A DNA stretch of 22,159 nt, taken from a virus. Taxonomy: Duplodnaviria; Heunggongvirae; Uroviricota; Caudoviricetes. Below the pieces are notes generated by a model. It was not told the DNA's origin and did not search any database. It saw only the letters and a program-made list of their open reading frames with translations. Position 1 is the first letter of the stretch; every line of letters begins with the position of its first letter. The position numbers and the translations under genes were made by a program. Below are positions 7,653 through 17,559 of the stretch, in pieces. The DNA lies in the IMG/VR virus record IMGVR_UViG_2671180847_000010, positions 1-22,159 of that record; one strand, 5' to 3'.

Positions 7653-8042
7653 GTGAAGCTATTTCTTGCTGCTATGTTCTTATTCATATCTTTTGGGGCT
7701 ACAGCAGAGTGCTGGGTCGTTGGAGATATGCGCGGAATAAGCTATTCAGAACGAAATAATTTCCATCCGGAAGAAGATGGTTTTAGTGGAACATTCATCA
7801 TTAAGACAAGCGGTGAAGATGCTAGCATCACATATTCTGGGACAGATGCGGGCGGCATGGCTTACAAAGTATTGTCTAAAAACTCCATCATAGGAATCGG
7901 CGCGAATGGCGAAACTCAACGCGTTATCGACTCATGGGTAATACATCCTACTGGAACAGTTTTAATGTCAAAAACCATTTCCGGTTATGGAAATATGGAT
8001 TCAACCAAAGCTTTTGTTGGAAAAGTAAAAAGAAAATGTTAA
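7653..8042 (+). CDS. Hypothetical exported protein (signal peptide), probably co-transcribed with the CI-like repressor
   Basis: GTG start 5 nt after a strong SD AAGGAGG. N-terminus MKLFLAAMFLFISFGATA-E looks like a Sec signal peptide with an A-x-A cleavage site; two Cys in the mature part. No terminator between it and the repressor gene. No recognisable domain. Confidence 0.7.
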   Translation: MKLFLAAMFLFISFGATAECWVVGDMRGISYSERNNFHPEEDGFSGTFIIKTSGEDASITYSGTDAGGMAYKVLSKNSIIGIGANGETQRVIDSWVIHPTGTVLMSKTISGYGNMDSTKAFVGKVKRKC

Positions 8043-8063
8043 TGATAGGATTATGGCCCTACA

Positions 8064-8249
8064 TCAACAGGTTCCGCGCCCCTGAGTAATTCTGTTGCGG
8101 ATTTGCTTCTTGCGGTGGTTTAAGCTGGATAGCTTGGCTTCTGCTTCTGATATTTGCGCATCTAGATCTTTAAGCTCAAGATCTGAAAGTCGCTGGTCAA
8201 GCAGGGTTTGATTCAACTCAATGTTGTTCAGGCGTTCTTCTATGGTCAT
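8064..8249 (-). CDS. Hypothetical 61-aa coiled-coil protein
   Basis: ATG preceded by a strong SD (TAAGGAG, 6-nt spacer); heptad-like Leu/Ile spacing. It lies directly after a terminator U-tract with no room for its own promoter, so expression is uncertain. Confidence 0.35.
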   Translation of the reverse strand: MTIEERLNNIELNQTLLDQRLSDLELKDLDAQISEAEAKLSSLNHRKKQIRNRITQGRGTC

Positions 8250-8265
8250 GATTTCTCCTTATAAA

Positions 8266-8287
8266 AAACCCACCTGACGGTGGGTTT
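8266..8287 (-). terminator. Rho-independent terminator after the lipoprotein gene (possibly bidirectional)
   Basis: Stem AAACCCACC / GGTGGGTTT, 4-nt loop. On the minus strand it is followed by a U run (TTTTTTAT), 9 nt after the lipoprotein TAA. On the plus strand it is followed by TTTCATTTCTT. Confidence 0.7.
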
Positions 8288-8293
8288 CATTTC

Positions 8294-8713
8294 TTAATCT
8301 TGCTTTGTAGACGGTATAAGGGATGCGTTTGCCTCTTTTGGCTTCAAGGTATACATCCCACCATTAAATGGATCAACAGCAAGCCAACCAATTAACCCAC
8401 CAAACACAAGGTTTCCACCAATATACCAACCATTAGCATTGGCTTTGATTGGCAGGGTAACTGGTTCGTACCCATCCTTCTCCATAGTGATCTGGTAGCT
8501 CTTTTTGCCAAAATAACTACCATCTGACTTGGCAAGAGTTACTCCTTGCGGGGTCTTACCTTGCGCAACAATCACGCCTGATTCGTCTTTTACCTTAAAG
8601 CTCGCACCGGAAGGATTGCTGTTCACTTGCACAAGCTGTGTTTCGTCACCAACAATAGTTGCGCACCCAGATAACATGATAGCGCCAGCAACGACGCTAA
8701 TAATCCTCTTCAT
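8294..8713 (-). CDS. Prophage lipoprotein with PEGA-like motif, insulated accessory gene
   Basis: MKRIISVVAGAIMLSG-C has a lipobox (LSGC) after a hydrophobic signal. Segment NPSGASFKVKDESGVIVAQGKTPQGVTL...KDGYEPVT resembles the PEGA motif. Start at ATG 8713 (track ORF starts 4 codons upstream at 8725). Own terminator downstream; 83-bp non-coding spacer upstream. Confidence 0.78.
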   Translation of the reverse strand: MKRIISVVAGAIMLSGCATIVGDETQLVQVNSNPSGASFKVKDESGVIVAQGKTPQGVTLAKSDGSYFGKKSYQITMEKDGYEPVTLPIKANANGWYIGGNLVFGGLIGWLAVDPFNGGMYTLKPKEANASLIPSTKQD

Positions 8714-8808
8714 ATCAATTTCCATATCTAAAAAACCGGAAACATCCTAATGACAAACCATTCAAATGTGAAGCACGAGATAAGATCAATCCATCCGTGG
8801 ACGACTAA

Positions 8809-10977
8809 TTACTCCTGTGTCATTCCGCTTAGCGATACTACAATCCCAGCCCTCGACAAACGCTGGAACTCTTCGTTTCCTAGTGCATCGCGAATTGCTT
8901 TTACGGCGGCCTTATTTGCCATAAATCTGCGTTCCGCCGCCGCTAATGCGCCATCACTTGCCCCAACCTTAACTGCCTTTGTTGCCTCTTGAACAGCCTT
9001 TTCAATAGCGTAACGACCACTTCTGGTTGCGGATAATTTCGCTATCGATCCTTTTGCTATCGCATCAATTGCTCCACCTGCAGCGCCACCAACTATTGCT
9101 CCAATAACACCTCCTCCAGAGAACCCTGCGATAGCGCCAGCGGTTGGAAAAGCGCCAGACAATACGCTCTCTAAAACTGGATGAAGGCCATTCTCAAGAG
9201 TGCTAATGGCTGGCATAGAGCGCCCTGTCTGTTCAACATATCGAAGTGGCTTTGTTGCAGCTCTTGCAAGTTCTCCGTATGAACTTGTAATCCTGCCAAG
9301 TTCTGGAGAATATCGACTAATTGCCTTCACGTTTTGTGGGGTAAGAATAGTCGCGATATGCTTAATTCCAGCCCCTTCAGACTTACCTCCGCGTACCCCT
9401 TGCGATACCGCATCTTGTAATATTGATGCAATTGCTGGCGCGCGTTCCGACTCAGGTAGGGCGCTTATTATTTTATGAAACTGACCTGTTCCACTTTTTG
9501 CTGAGCCCTGTAACGCCTTAGAGCCATTAGTTACTAACTGATCAGTTGCAAGGTCTCTACCAAACGCTGCTTCAGCCTGTTCTTGTGCTGTAAATCTTGC
9601 CTTTGACAGATCATTAGCTTTTTGCCAGTCATCAAGAAAACCGCCATTTTGAGCCATTATGCGCATATCTTCCGTTGCTGCATCACGAAGCTCAGCCATG
9701 CGCCTTGCCGTATTTGCCTCACCAGACCTTATATACTTCTGCTCTGCGTCAGCAAGTTTACTTCGCCATGCCTTCATGGCATCAAACGTGATTCCTTTTT
9801 TACCAGTTTTAGCATAAGCAGATGCGAATTGTTTCATCTCAGGAGTTAGCGGCATGCCAGCCAAAATATCACCCTGAATTGTAGCGTTCAGGTTTGACAT
9901 TCTGGCCTTTGCGTCAGGCATCGTGGAGCGGACGCTATCCCATGCGGCCTTTTCTGAATTTTTCATTTTATCAATGCTTGCCAAAACCCTCTGTTTTATG
10001 GCTGCACTTTTTTCTGATGCAGTTCCTGCTTCAGCCCCAAACTCATCCAATGCTGAGTTAAATTTCGACTCTATTTCACTGAATGCTTTGGTGTGTGCAT
10101 CCTGTGTAATTCCGGGCTTTGACGCCAGAATCCCCTCCGCCTGAGCAAGACCACGACTACCTGATCTCATGCCAGGAGTTAATGCGTTGATATCTATTCC
10201 AGCAGTATCTGCTGCTTTTGCTATTTCGTCTGACACGTTAGCTGACTGTCTGGCAATAATCTCTCTTCCTGTACCAGACTTTGCCATTTTCGAAACATCA
10301 TTAGCAGAATTCAGTGCTGCACCACCAAGAGCCTGTGAAACCCTTGGCGCAATAACGCGCCCGACACCTGAAAGAACGCCTTGAGCACCAATATTGATAC
10401 CACCGTTAATGGCAGCATTTTGTGCAAAGTCGCCCTCCTGATTTGCAGCATCAGCAAGAGAACCTGCAATCATGTTTCCTGCGGAACCGATATCTCCAGC
10501 GAGCTTTGCTGTCGCTCCAGCAGCTTTTGCCGCTGTGCCAATTGGCAGGAGATACCCACCAAATGTTTCACCGGCTTGCGCCCAACGGTCTGTCGGTCGA
10601 TCGACAGGGCGATAAACATCATCCAAAACCTTGGGGCCACCAAGCCCATGGCTGATTGCATTAATCAGACTTGCGCCACCCTGCAATACGTCAAATGGTA
10701 TGTTTACCAGACCACGACCAGCCTGTTCTGCAATTTGCCCTGCACTTTGACCACCTGTGAGCCAATCGCCAGCTTGTTGCATCAATGATGGTTCTTCTTT
10801 CTGCTGCTGATGCGGAGGGTATGCAGCATAAAACTGATCTCTTGCTTCAGCCCATTTGTCACCAGCCTTAGGGGCAACAACCTCATCAAAATATTGCGCT
10901 TGAGCCTGTGCTTTCTGTTCTTCAGTTAACGCCTGATACTGTGGAGAAGCGATAACATCTTTCCATGCTTTAGCCAT
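8809..10977 (-). CDS. DNA ejection (internal virion) protein, P22 gp16-position
   Basis: Last gene of the late operon, in the position of P22 gene 16. Start overlaps the gp20 stop (ATGA). Gly/Ala-rich hydrophobic segment near the C-terminus. Confidence 0.85.
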   Translation of the reverse strand: MAKAWKDVIASPQYQALTEEQKAQAQAQYFDEVVAPKAGDKWAEARDQFYAAYPPHQQQKEEPSLMQQAGDWLTGGQSAGQIAEQAGRGLVNIPFDVLQGGASLINAISHGLGGPKVLDDVYRPVDRPTDRWAQAGETFGGYLLPIGTAAKAAGATAKLAGDIGSAGNMIAGSLADAANQEGDFAQNAAINGGINIGAQGVLSGVGRVIAPRVSQALGGAALNSANDVSKMAKSGTGREIIARQSANVSDEIAKAADTAGIDINALTPGMRSGSRGLAQAEGILASKPGITQDAHTKAFSEIESKFNSALDEFGAEAGTASEKSAAIKQRVLASIDKMKNSEKAAWDSVRSTMPDAKARMSNLNATIQGDILAGMPLTPEMKQFASAYAKTGKKGITFDAMKAWRSKLADAEQKYIRSGEANTARRMAELRDAATEDMRIMAQNGGFLDDWQKANDLSKARFTAQEQAEAAFGRDLATDQLVTNGSKALQGSAKSGTGQFHKIISALPESERAPAIASILQDAVSQGVRGGKSEGAGIKHIATILTPQNVKAISRYSPELGRITSSYGELARAATKPLRYVEQTGRSMPAISTLENGLHPVLESVLSGAFPTAGAIAGFSGGGVIGAIVGGAAGGAIDAIAKGSIAKLSATRSGRYAIEKAVQEATKAVKVGASDGALAAAERRFMANKAAVKAIRDALGNEEFQRLSRAGIVVSLSGMTQE

Positions 10978-12326
10978 TAATCACCCCATAAAGACGAGAA
11001 ACCGGACTTATTGCTGTCGCTTCCTGATTTTCGCTCACTAACATATGTGTCATAACCTGATGAACTATATCCCATTGATTCAGCCTCCCTTGCTGCAACC
11101 TTTTGAAATACAGAATATTGCGATCGGATTTCAGATAACTGTTTTCTGACGACCTCTTCAGGCTGTGTTATATCGAGTTTCGCGATCAGGTTTTCCAGTT
11201 TTTGGCCTTCAGCATTGGAGAGGCTACCCATACCTCGCATAGTCTGCACGTTCTGGACAAACGCACCCGACTTTAATTCTTCTATCGCATTACGGTTTGC
11301 AAGCCCTTCAGCACTTGTGAAGCCATCTATATTTCTTCCTTCGAAGCGACCGATACCTTCAAGCTCCTTCTTACCAAGCAAAGAATCAATTTTCTCTATC
11401 CCTCGCTCACCAGTAATCAACGCATTGTTGTAATTATTGTTGCCATCAAGCCATCTCTTAGCCTGAGACATTCTGGCTGACGTTGCAGCTTTACCGGTTA
11501 GAGGATCAATTCCCGTCGCTGCTATCTGTGAGTTAAGAGACAAAACATCCATATCCTGAAGTTGTCCTGCTCTTTCAAGGGCCGCCTGTGACTGCTTAAA
11601 CACATACTTGTCGTGATTCAGTCTTGCCATTTGAGCCTTATAGGAAAGATCCTGCCCCCTAATAGCCCTCGCATTCGTCATGTCATTATTGCGAATGGTT
11701 TCGTTAATTCTTTGCTGCTCCTGCTGGCGACCAACCATCTTATCCTGAACAGCAAAAGCCTTTTCTGGCCCAAGTGCACCGAGAGACATAGTAGTCAGCA
11801 TGTGTGATAGCTGCTCTGGATTCTGGATACCTGTCTGAATCATCCAGTCAGCATTCGCACCCACGCGATTTAACCTGTCCTTGTTGTCAGTAATGAATTT
11901 ACTGTAGGCTTCCGGTCCCTGAGAAAGAGCGACGTTAGCTCTCATGGCTAAATCGCCCATATCGTTGCGTTGCTGCTCATTAAGACCGGAAAACGCCTGT
12001 TGTGCCTGTGCAACAAACGCTGGATTTTCCTGGGCAAACTTAAATAGTCCCGATGGATCACCAGAAGCCCATGCATCAGCGTGAACCTTATTGAACGCAC
12101 TAATCGCTTTCTGTTGCTGTTCCTGCTTATAAATATCAGCAACTCCAGCCAGACCACGTAATGCGGTCAGACCAACGTTATTTGCACCTGATCGAGCCAG
12201 TTCATTGTTTTCGCGGATCAGACCAAGCGTTGCGTTAATGTCGCTTGCCTTTGGCGCATTCTCATTTTGCGCACCGATGCCAGCCAGAAAACCACCAGAA
12301 TTAATACCCTGTTGCCACGTAGCCAT
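10977..12326 (-). CDS. DNA ejection protein, P22 gp20-like
   Basis: 449 aa, in the position of P22 gene 20 between gp7 and gp16 homologues; Gln/Ala-rich predicted helical protein. Confidence 0.85.
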   Translation of the reverse strand: MATWQQGINSGGFLAGIGAQNENAPKASDINATLGLIRENNELARSGANNVGLTALRGLAGVADIYKQEQQQKAISAFNKVHADAWASGDPSGLFKFAQENPAFVAQAQQAFSGLNEQQRNDMGDLAMRANVALSQGPEAYSKFITDNKDRLNRVGANADWMIQTGIQNPEQLSHMLTTMSLGALGPEKAFAVQDKMVGRQQEQQRINETIRNNDMTNARAIRGQDLSYKAQMARLNHDKYVFKQSQAALERAGQLQDMDVLSLNSQIAATGIDPLTGKAATSARMSQAKRWLDGNNNYNNALITGERGIEKIDSLLGKKELEGIGRFEGRNIDGFTSAEGLANRNAIEELKSGAFVQNVQTMRGMGSLSNAEGQKLENLIAKLDITQPEEVVRKQLSEIRSQYSVFQKVAAREAESMGYSSSGYDTYVSERKSGSDSNKSGFSSLWGD

Positions 12327-12336
12327 TGATTACCCC

Positions 12337-13029
12337 TTAAAACAACGAGCCAAGCAGACCAAGACCAGCACCGATACCAGCACCCCACGGAGTTGATAGC
12401 TCGAGAGCACTGGCTATGCCACCACCCAAAAGCGCACCGGATGCAGCACCACTAACACCCTGCTGCAATGCTGACGGTCTGTTGGCATTTGCCGCTGCAA
12501 GAGCCGCACTTTGCTGCGAAATCTGACTCATGTTGTTGGCATATGTCTGCCCGGCGTTTGCCTGCCCCTGAAGAGCGCCAAGACCGATATTTGCCAGGTT
12601 GTTGTAATTGTTCATTTGTCCAGATAGCCATTGCTGACCAAGCGTTGGTGCGATTGTTGCTAACTGATTACTGGTTGCGGTGGAACCCAATCCACCTGTT
12701 GCTTCCGCTGCCGCCAGACTCTGATAGCGAGCCTGACCAGCAAGATCTTTGTACTGCTGAGAGTTGTAATACTGGTTAAGCGCCTGACCTTGCCCCTCCA
12801 GAGACGATAAGTTCTCGAGGCTGCCGACATACTTCTCAGCCAGAGGAGTAAACGGCTTCAGGTTATTCATGATGGTGTTGAACTGCTGATTTTGCAGGTC
12901 TGCGGCATACTTCTGAGCTTCTGCTGCATACTTAGCGCTTTTATCAGAACTGCCACCTTTCCCACCTTTTTCAGGGCAATAAGGTTCCTCGCCGCGCAGT
13001 TTTCTGCCCAGCTTAAATGCATATAACAT
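12337..13029 (-). CDS. DNA ejection protein, P22 gp7-like
   Basis: 230 aa; N-terminus MLYAF.LGRKLRGEE and Gly-rich hydrophobic C-terminus (..STPWGAGIGAGLGLLGSLF) as in P22 gp7 (recalled); correct operon position. Confidence 0.85.
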   Translation of the reverse strand: MLYAFKLGRKLRGEEPYCPEKGGKGGSSDKSAKYAAEAQKYAADLQNQQFNTIMNNLKPFTPLAEKYVGSLENLSSLEGQGQALNQYYNSQQYKDLAGQARYQSLAAAEATGGLGSTATSNQLATIAPTLGQQWLSGQMNNYNNLANIGLGALQGQANAGQTYANNMSQISQQSAALAAANANRPSALQQGVSGAASGALLGGGIASALELSTPWGAGIGAGLGLLGSLF

Positions 13030-13031
13030 GG

Positions 13032-13487
13032 CTATCTCCCGTGATTCAGGAAGTCGATTAGTTCTTCGCGTGTGGCGCTGTAAAAAGTCACGTCATCCAC
13101 GCCTTTAAAGTATTTCTTGATGGTTCCGACACGCTTAAGGCCAATCATTGCGCAGTAAATCTGCCCGTGGCGGAATTTGCGTGCGGCGAACGATGTGACG
13201 CACTGAACGGTGGTGTTAGTCAGAATATATCGCCAGAACGCCAGCCCGATTTCCTTGCTGAAGCCGCGAACCTCTGGCAGGTACATGGCGTGGCAATCGA
13301 ATGTCAGCGGCTGAATCTCCTGATAGTAAACAATGCCGCCGAACTGCCCGTGCACGTTCACCTCAAAGTAACGGCAATCATGTTTATAGTCGTATCCATC
13401 ACCGTTGTTGCTCCCGGCAATAATGTCAGGGTGATTTCCGACTGCTTCGATCAAGTCGATGTTTCGCGTTGGTTTGAATGTAATCAT
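13032..13487 (-). CDS. P22 gp14-like virion assembly/ejection-associated protein
   Basis: 151 aa; synteny between gp26 and gp7 homologues; N-terminus MI.FKPTRNIDLIEAVGNHPDIIAG resembles P22 gp14 as recalled. Confidence 0.8.
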   Translation of the reverse strand: MITFKPTRNIDLIEAVGNHPDIIAGSNNGDGYDYKHDCRYFEVNVHGQFGGIVYYQEIQPLTFDCHAMYLPEVRGFSKEIGLAFWRYILTNTTVQCVTSFAARKFRHGQIYCAMIGLKRVGTIKKYFKGVDDVTFYSATREELIDFLNHGR

Positions 13488-14188
13488 CAGTCAATCAGCC
13501 CATGTAATCTAAGTGCTGTTTCAAGCGCCAGAATACGCTGCCGCGTCTGCTGCAAACCTGTAGCGAGAGCCGCGACTTCGGATTGTGTGTACGTAGTGCC
13601 GACCGTGTATGACTGGTTAGCGTTGAATGAGCCAAGAAGAGGTATACCTGTGGCTGCAGTCCATCCGGTATTTCTTGCTCCAACAACCTGAATTCCATCA
13701 ACTGAATATGATGTTTTTACATCCAGCGGTGACGCAAGAGACTGCGATTCTGTTACGGTTTTCGATACGTAATCACTCTTAATGTCAGATACATCGCTTT
13801 CTACGCCATCCAGTCTTTGGTCAACAGTGACCAGATGCGCCTGAATATCGATAACCTCATCCAGCAAGTGATCAACATCGCTACGCAGTACGACTATCTT
13901 CCCTTCGGCGGTTGTTAACCTGACCTCAAGGAGATTTATCGCTTTTGTGTTTGCGGTGATTCTTGCGTCGTGATCAGCCAGTTCGACGTCCTGTTCATCG
14001 TTTTTTACCTGGGCATCGTAAGCGCCCTGACCAGCCTGATTTGCCTTCCCGGCAATTGCACCGACATCAGCACCCTGATTTATGACATACAGAAGGTAAG
14101 ACTGGCTGAATATATTGCGTGGAAGGATTGATGTATCGAGCCGCGTCGCCTGCACAATAACAGGGGTGTTGAGATTCGAATCAGCCAT
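13487..14188 (-). CDS. Tail needle protein, P22 gp26-like
   Basis: 233 aa; conserved N-terminal region ([67 protein letters not shown]) and C-terminal ..HGLID as in P22 gp26 (recalled). Confidence 0.9.
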   Translation of the reverse strand: MADSNLNTPVIVQATRLDTSILPRNIFSQSYLLYVINQGADVGAIAGKANQAGQGAYDAQVKNDEQDVELADHDARITANTKAINLLEVRLTTAEGKIVVLRSDVDHLLDEVIDIQAHLVTVDQRLDGVESDVSDIKSDYVSKTVTESQSLASPLDVKTSYSVDGIQVVGARNTGWTAATGIPLLGSFNANQSYTVGTTYTQSEVAALATGLQQTRQRILALETALRLHGLID

Positions 14189-15606
14189 TACTCAATCCTT
14201 ATCTGGCAACCAGACAGGGTGACAGGTGACTTCGTGATAACGCGCAATTTGAAACCGACATTTTTCCTGATGCGCCCGACACGCTTCCACAAAACGCGTT
14301 TGTCGTAAACGAACGGTTCATTCTGCTCAATCATCTGCTCACGACCGTAATTGATGCCGTCAGTAGTTGCAGAGAGAAAAAGGCGGTCAGCGTACTGCGC
14401 AACACCCGTTGAAGATTCAACTTCAAGGTCGAAAACTCTGGCGTTATCCGCTTTGAACAACGGAGTAAACAGCAGGTGTTCCTGTTGCTTGTCGTACTGG
14501 CTGCTGATGTCGAATTGCAATTTCCCGGTCACGGAATCCAGCTTATCGCCGCACGTTATCTGATTGCCTTCGTAAATGAAGTCGATAGCGCGGTACACAT
14601 CGTCATACAGGCCTGTTTTCAGTACACACCATTGCGGACCATTGGCGCTTGAAGATGCGTCGTACACCAGAACATGGCGCGGAAGATGGATAATCAGCAG
14701 CTCATGCGCATCAAAGCGCAACGATTCCATCACGCCATCAGCCAGTTCATCAGCAGTGTAGGAGCGGAGGATTTTCTCAATGCTCGCGCTGGCGATTGGT
14801 GACACCTGACCGGAGCCGATGATGTATACAGACGGCGCACCTGTTGCCGGATTGCTGATGAATGCATAAGAATCAGCAAACGGCGTTTTGCAGTAAGTCC
14901 CGGCGATGCCTTTTTGCACCATCAGTGATGGCTGTGCGACATACAAAGCAGCACCAACGGTGGTTGCGCCAGTCAGGGAGAAATATTCAATCGTCGATGA
15001 ACCAAAGCAGACGATGAAGTCTCGCCATGTTCCGATGCCAATGATGCCGTCAGGCTGAGACTCAGCACGATATTGTGCGCTGTATCGGTCAGGATGCGAT
15101 TCGTCTTCAAGGTCAGTGATAAACCATGAATCAGTGCCGTCTTTTGACCACGCATAACGCCCACGTAAACGCGTAATGTCGCGAACCGAACCTAACTCAT
15201 ACTGCGTGAATCCGCTGTCCGCAGGCCAGTTTGAGACGGTTTTAACCGTGCCATCATAGCGATACTCGACCAGTTTCCCGTTAACGCCTACCGCCTGTGA
15301 TGTCCGACCATGCGCCATTGATACACGACCACTTCCGGCGACGTCACCGACTTCGCTTTCGCCTTTGTAGAGCTTGCCGCCACACACGCGATAAACAGCA
15401 CTCTGCGCCATGTTGTACTCGACGCCTCGAGATATACCGTTCACATCAGAACGTTTGGCAATGCCCGGGAATGAGCGAAGATATCCGCTGCTGTTGAGTA
15501 TTTCTTTGGGTGTAGCCAGCATATTCACTGGCAGATAGTCGATATAGTCGGCGTTTCGGAAATCTTTGCCGACACCTTTCATAAGCGGAAGTTGCTGAAC
15601 CGGCAT
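14188..15606 (-). CDS. Tail accessory factor, P22 gp10-like
   Basis: 472 aa; near-identical over long stretches to P22 gp10 as I recall it ([45 protein letters not shown]...). Confidence 0.92.
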   Translation of the reverse strand: MPVQQLPLMKGVGKDFRNADYIDYLPVNMLATPKEILNSSGYLRSFPGIAKRSDVNGISRGVEYNMAQSAVYRVCGGKLYKGESEVGDVAGSGRVSMAHGRTSQAVGVNGKLVEYRYDGTVKTVSNWPADSGFTQYELGSVRDITRLRGRYAWSKDGTDSWFITDLEDESHPDRYSAQYRAESQPDGIIGIGTWRDFIVCFGSSTIEYFSLTGATTVGAALYVAQPSLMVQKGIAGTYCKTPFADSYAFISNPATGAPSVYIIGSGQVSPIASASIEKILRSYTADELADGVMESLRFDAHELLIIHLPRHVLVYDASSSANGPQWCVLKTGLYDDVYRAIDFIYEGNQITCGDKLDSVTGKLQFDISSQYDKQQEHLLFTPLFKADNARVFDLEVESSTGVAQYADRLFLSATTDGINYGREQMIEQNEPFVYDKRVLWKRVGRIRKNVGFKLRVITKSPVTLSGCQIRIE

Positions 15607-15615
15607 TTATTCACC

Positions 15616-16077
15616 TCACGTACTCGGATCATCTTTCTCGATGTAAAACCGATTCCACGTAAACGCGCTTTTGTTACCACTACCGCGAGGCATATCATTT
15701 CGCCGCTCAAGTGGTGGTATTTTGGTTAAAGCGATACAGATTGTCTGATATGCACTGGCAGCAGCGGTAAGGAGAGCGTCTGACGGCTGAATGACGTTAT
15801 CCATGCACACTTGCACAGCGAGTTTCAAAGCGACGCCATCATTTGCCCATGCAGGGATACCTGAATCATCGTCAGGTAACGGCATGATGCCGTTTTCTGT
15901 ATCCGCAAACTGATATCCAAGCTCGATACCTTTCTCCTGCCATGCTGCCATCATGTCTTCGAGGTCATTAATGGCATCTTCTATTGCCTGAGGGTCGGCA
16001 TCTGTCAACGTGGCATTGGAATACAGCCCGGCTTTTCGTAAAGCCTTAAGAACGAGATCACCCTTCGTTTTCGCCAT
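15616..16077 (-). CDS. Tail accessory factor / head completion protein, P22 gp4-like
   Basis: 153 aa; N-terminus MAKTKGDLVLKALRKAGL resembles P22 gp4 (..KTKGDLV.AALRKLG..); position between the coat-proximal small ORF and gp10. Confidence 0.85.
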   Translation of the reverse strand: MAKTKGDLVLKALRKAGLYSNATLTDADPQAIEDAINDLEDMMAAWQEKGIELGYQFADTENGIMPLPDDDSGIPAWANDGVALKLAVQVCMDNVIQPSDALLTAAASAYQTICIALTKIPPLERRNDMPRGSGNKSAFTWNRFYIEKDDPST

Positions 16078-16246
16078 CTTCTTCCGCCTTAGCCACTTTT
16101 TGCTTCGTTGCGGTTTCTTCAGGGGTTTTTACCCAGCCTTTTTTCAGGTGAGATTTAACTTCTTCGTCATCAACAATGATGTAATCGACAGCAAACTGAC
16201 CACAGGTGATCATGTTTCCAGGCTTATAGAGCATTGTTCGTGCCAT
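16058..16246 (-). CDS. Small hypothetical protein (62 aa) between coat and gp4 genes
   Basis: ATG 16246 preceded by SD GGGAGAAG, immediately after the coat terminator; overlaps the gp4 start by 20 nt. The track ORF (75 aa) starts upstream inside the terminator. Confidence 0.5.
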   Translation of the reverse strand: MARTMLYKPGNMITCGQFAVDYIIVDDEEVKSHLKKGWVKTPEETATKQKVAKAEEDGENEG

Positions 16247-16260
16247 TGTCTTCTCCCAAT

Positions 16261-16281
16261 AAAAATGGGGCCGAAGCCCCA
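16261..16281 (-). terminator. Intrinsic terminator immediately after the coat gene
   Basis: On the minus strand: stem GGGGC, loop TTCG (UUCG tetraloop), stem GCCCC, then ATTTTTATT, beginning a few nt after the coat TAA. Confidence 0.7.
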
Positions 16282-16287
16282 CCAAAA

Positions 16288-17541
16288 TTACTGCCCGGCA
16301 ATAACGATGCCCGTATATTCAGGAACAAGTACAGAGCAACCGTACAGAGTGGTGAAACGAGCAGTGGTTACGCCTTTGATGTGGTCGAAGGCGTAAGACA
16401 TGATCAGCGTAGCGCCCTGCTCGGTGGTTGCTGTCATTACCTGTGGACCCTGACCAGTCGGGAACGCCAGTTTGCCGTACATCAGCTCAACAGAACCATC
16501 GGCCCAGAACAGGTTAGCCGGTGCGGCATTTTTGTTGAGAATGGTGATTGCTGCACCATTTGCCGCGTTAGCATCAACGTTTGCATATGGACGGCTGGCG
16601 ACATCTGCGTTGCCAGGCGGCAGAATTTTCGGGGAGATAGTCACTGTCGTTCCGCTTACTGCCAGAACGCGGAATACCTGCGGCTGCCCGGTGGTGTCTT
16701 TGGTGATCTGGTGTACAGAATTCACGCCAGCAATGGTGAACGCATCACCAACCTGCAACCCAGATGCAGATACCGTAATAGTCCCCTGTCGGTTATCCAC
16801 TGGCATATCGTTGGCATCTTTCGCTTCAACCTTGTGCGCAGGTTCAGCCGCCAGCGTCAGGGAAGTTGCTGTACCCTTCGGAACACGACCAGAAATATCG
16901 GTCTTGTAGCTATCGAAGGACGCAACCGGAGGGATCTGCGCTTTTTCGTATGCTGTCAGGGTTGCGCCCTGAGCATAGGCACGGTGACCAAGCTCGCCAG
17001 CAAGGTCTTTGTAGTTGAAGGGGTTCCAGAAAGAGCGGCGGTTGATACCCTGTGGTACACCAATCGCCGTCATGGTGGCATCAATACCTGCCGCACAGTT
17101 CCACAAATCACGGCCCTGTGAACCAGTGGTTGAGTCAGCCATTGTGATCACGTTAGTAGCACGCTGCGTGACCATGGAAATCAGGTCAGAGTCAATCTGT
17201 GCAGCAAGGCGCATACCTGCGGCGCGACCAGCTTCAGTTTTATGTTCCGGGTCACGCATTTCACGCGCATCCAGAGTGTACAGAATGTTTTTCGGCTCCT
17301 TGAACACAGAAGGAACAAGGCGCTGAACCAGTGCTGTTGGCGTTTTGCTGCTGAGGTCGAGGCCTTCCTCAATATTCATGTGGTAATGCTGCGGACGATA
17401 CAGAACATCACCTGCTCGCTGCATTGCTGTATCACCGGGACGGAATTTTTTAGCGTTACGGGAAACTACGCAGGCGGCCTCAAAGCCTTCAACGTAGTTT
17501 TCGAACATGATTTCAAGGTCTTTTGCTAATTGGTTAGTCAT
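16288..17541 (-). CDS. Major capsid (coat) protein, P22 gp5-like
   Basis: 417 aa in the position after the scaffold gene; SD GGAG upstream; shares conserved segments with P22 coat as recalled (e.g. ..NVFWADD.. vs ..NLFWADG..). Confidence 0.9.
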   Translation of the reverse strand: MTNQLAKDLEIMFENYVEGFEAACVVSRNAKKFRPGDTAMQRAGDVLYRPQHYHMNIEEGLDLSSKTPTALVQRLVPSVFKEPKNILYTLDAREMRDPEHKTEAGRAAGMRLAAQIDSDLISMVTQRATNVITMADSTTGSQGRDLWNCAAGIDATMTAIGVPQGINRRSFWNPFNYKDLAGELGHRAYAQGATLTAYEKAQIPPVASFDSYKTDISGRVPKGTATSLTLAAEPAHKVEAKDANDMPVDNRQGTITVSASGLQVGDAFTIAGVNSVHQITKDTTGQPQVFRVLAVSGTTVTISPKILPPGNADVASRPYANVDANAANGAAITILNKNAAPANLFWADGSVELMYGKLAFPTGQGPQVMTATTEQGATLIMSYAFDHIKGVTTARFTTLYGCSVLVPEYTGIVIAGQ

Positions 17542-17559
17542 GCTTAATGCTCCGATAGG

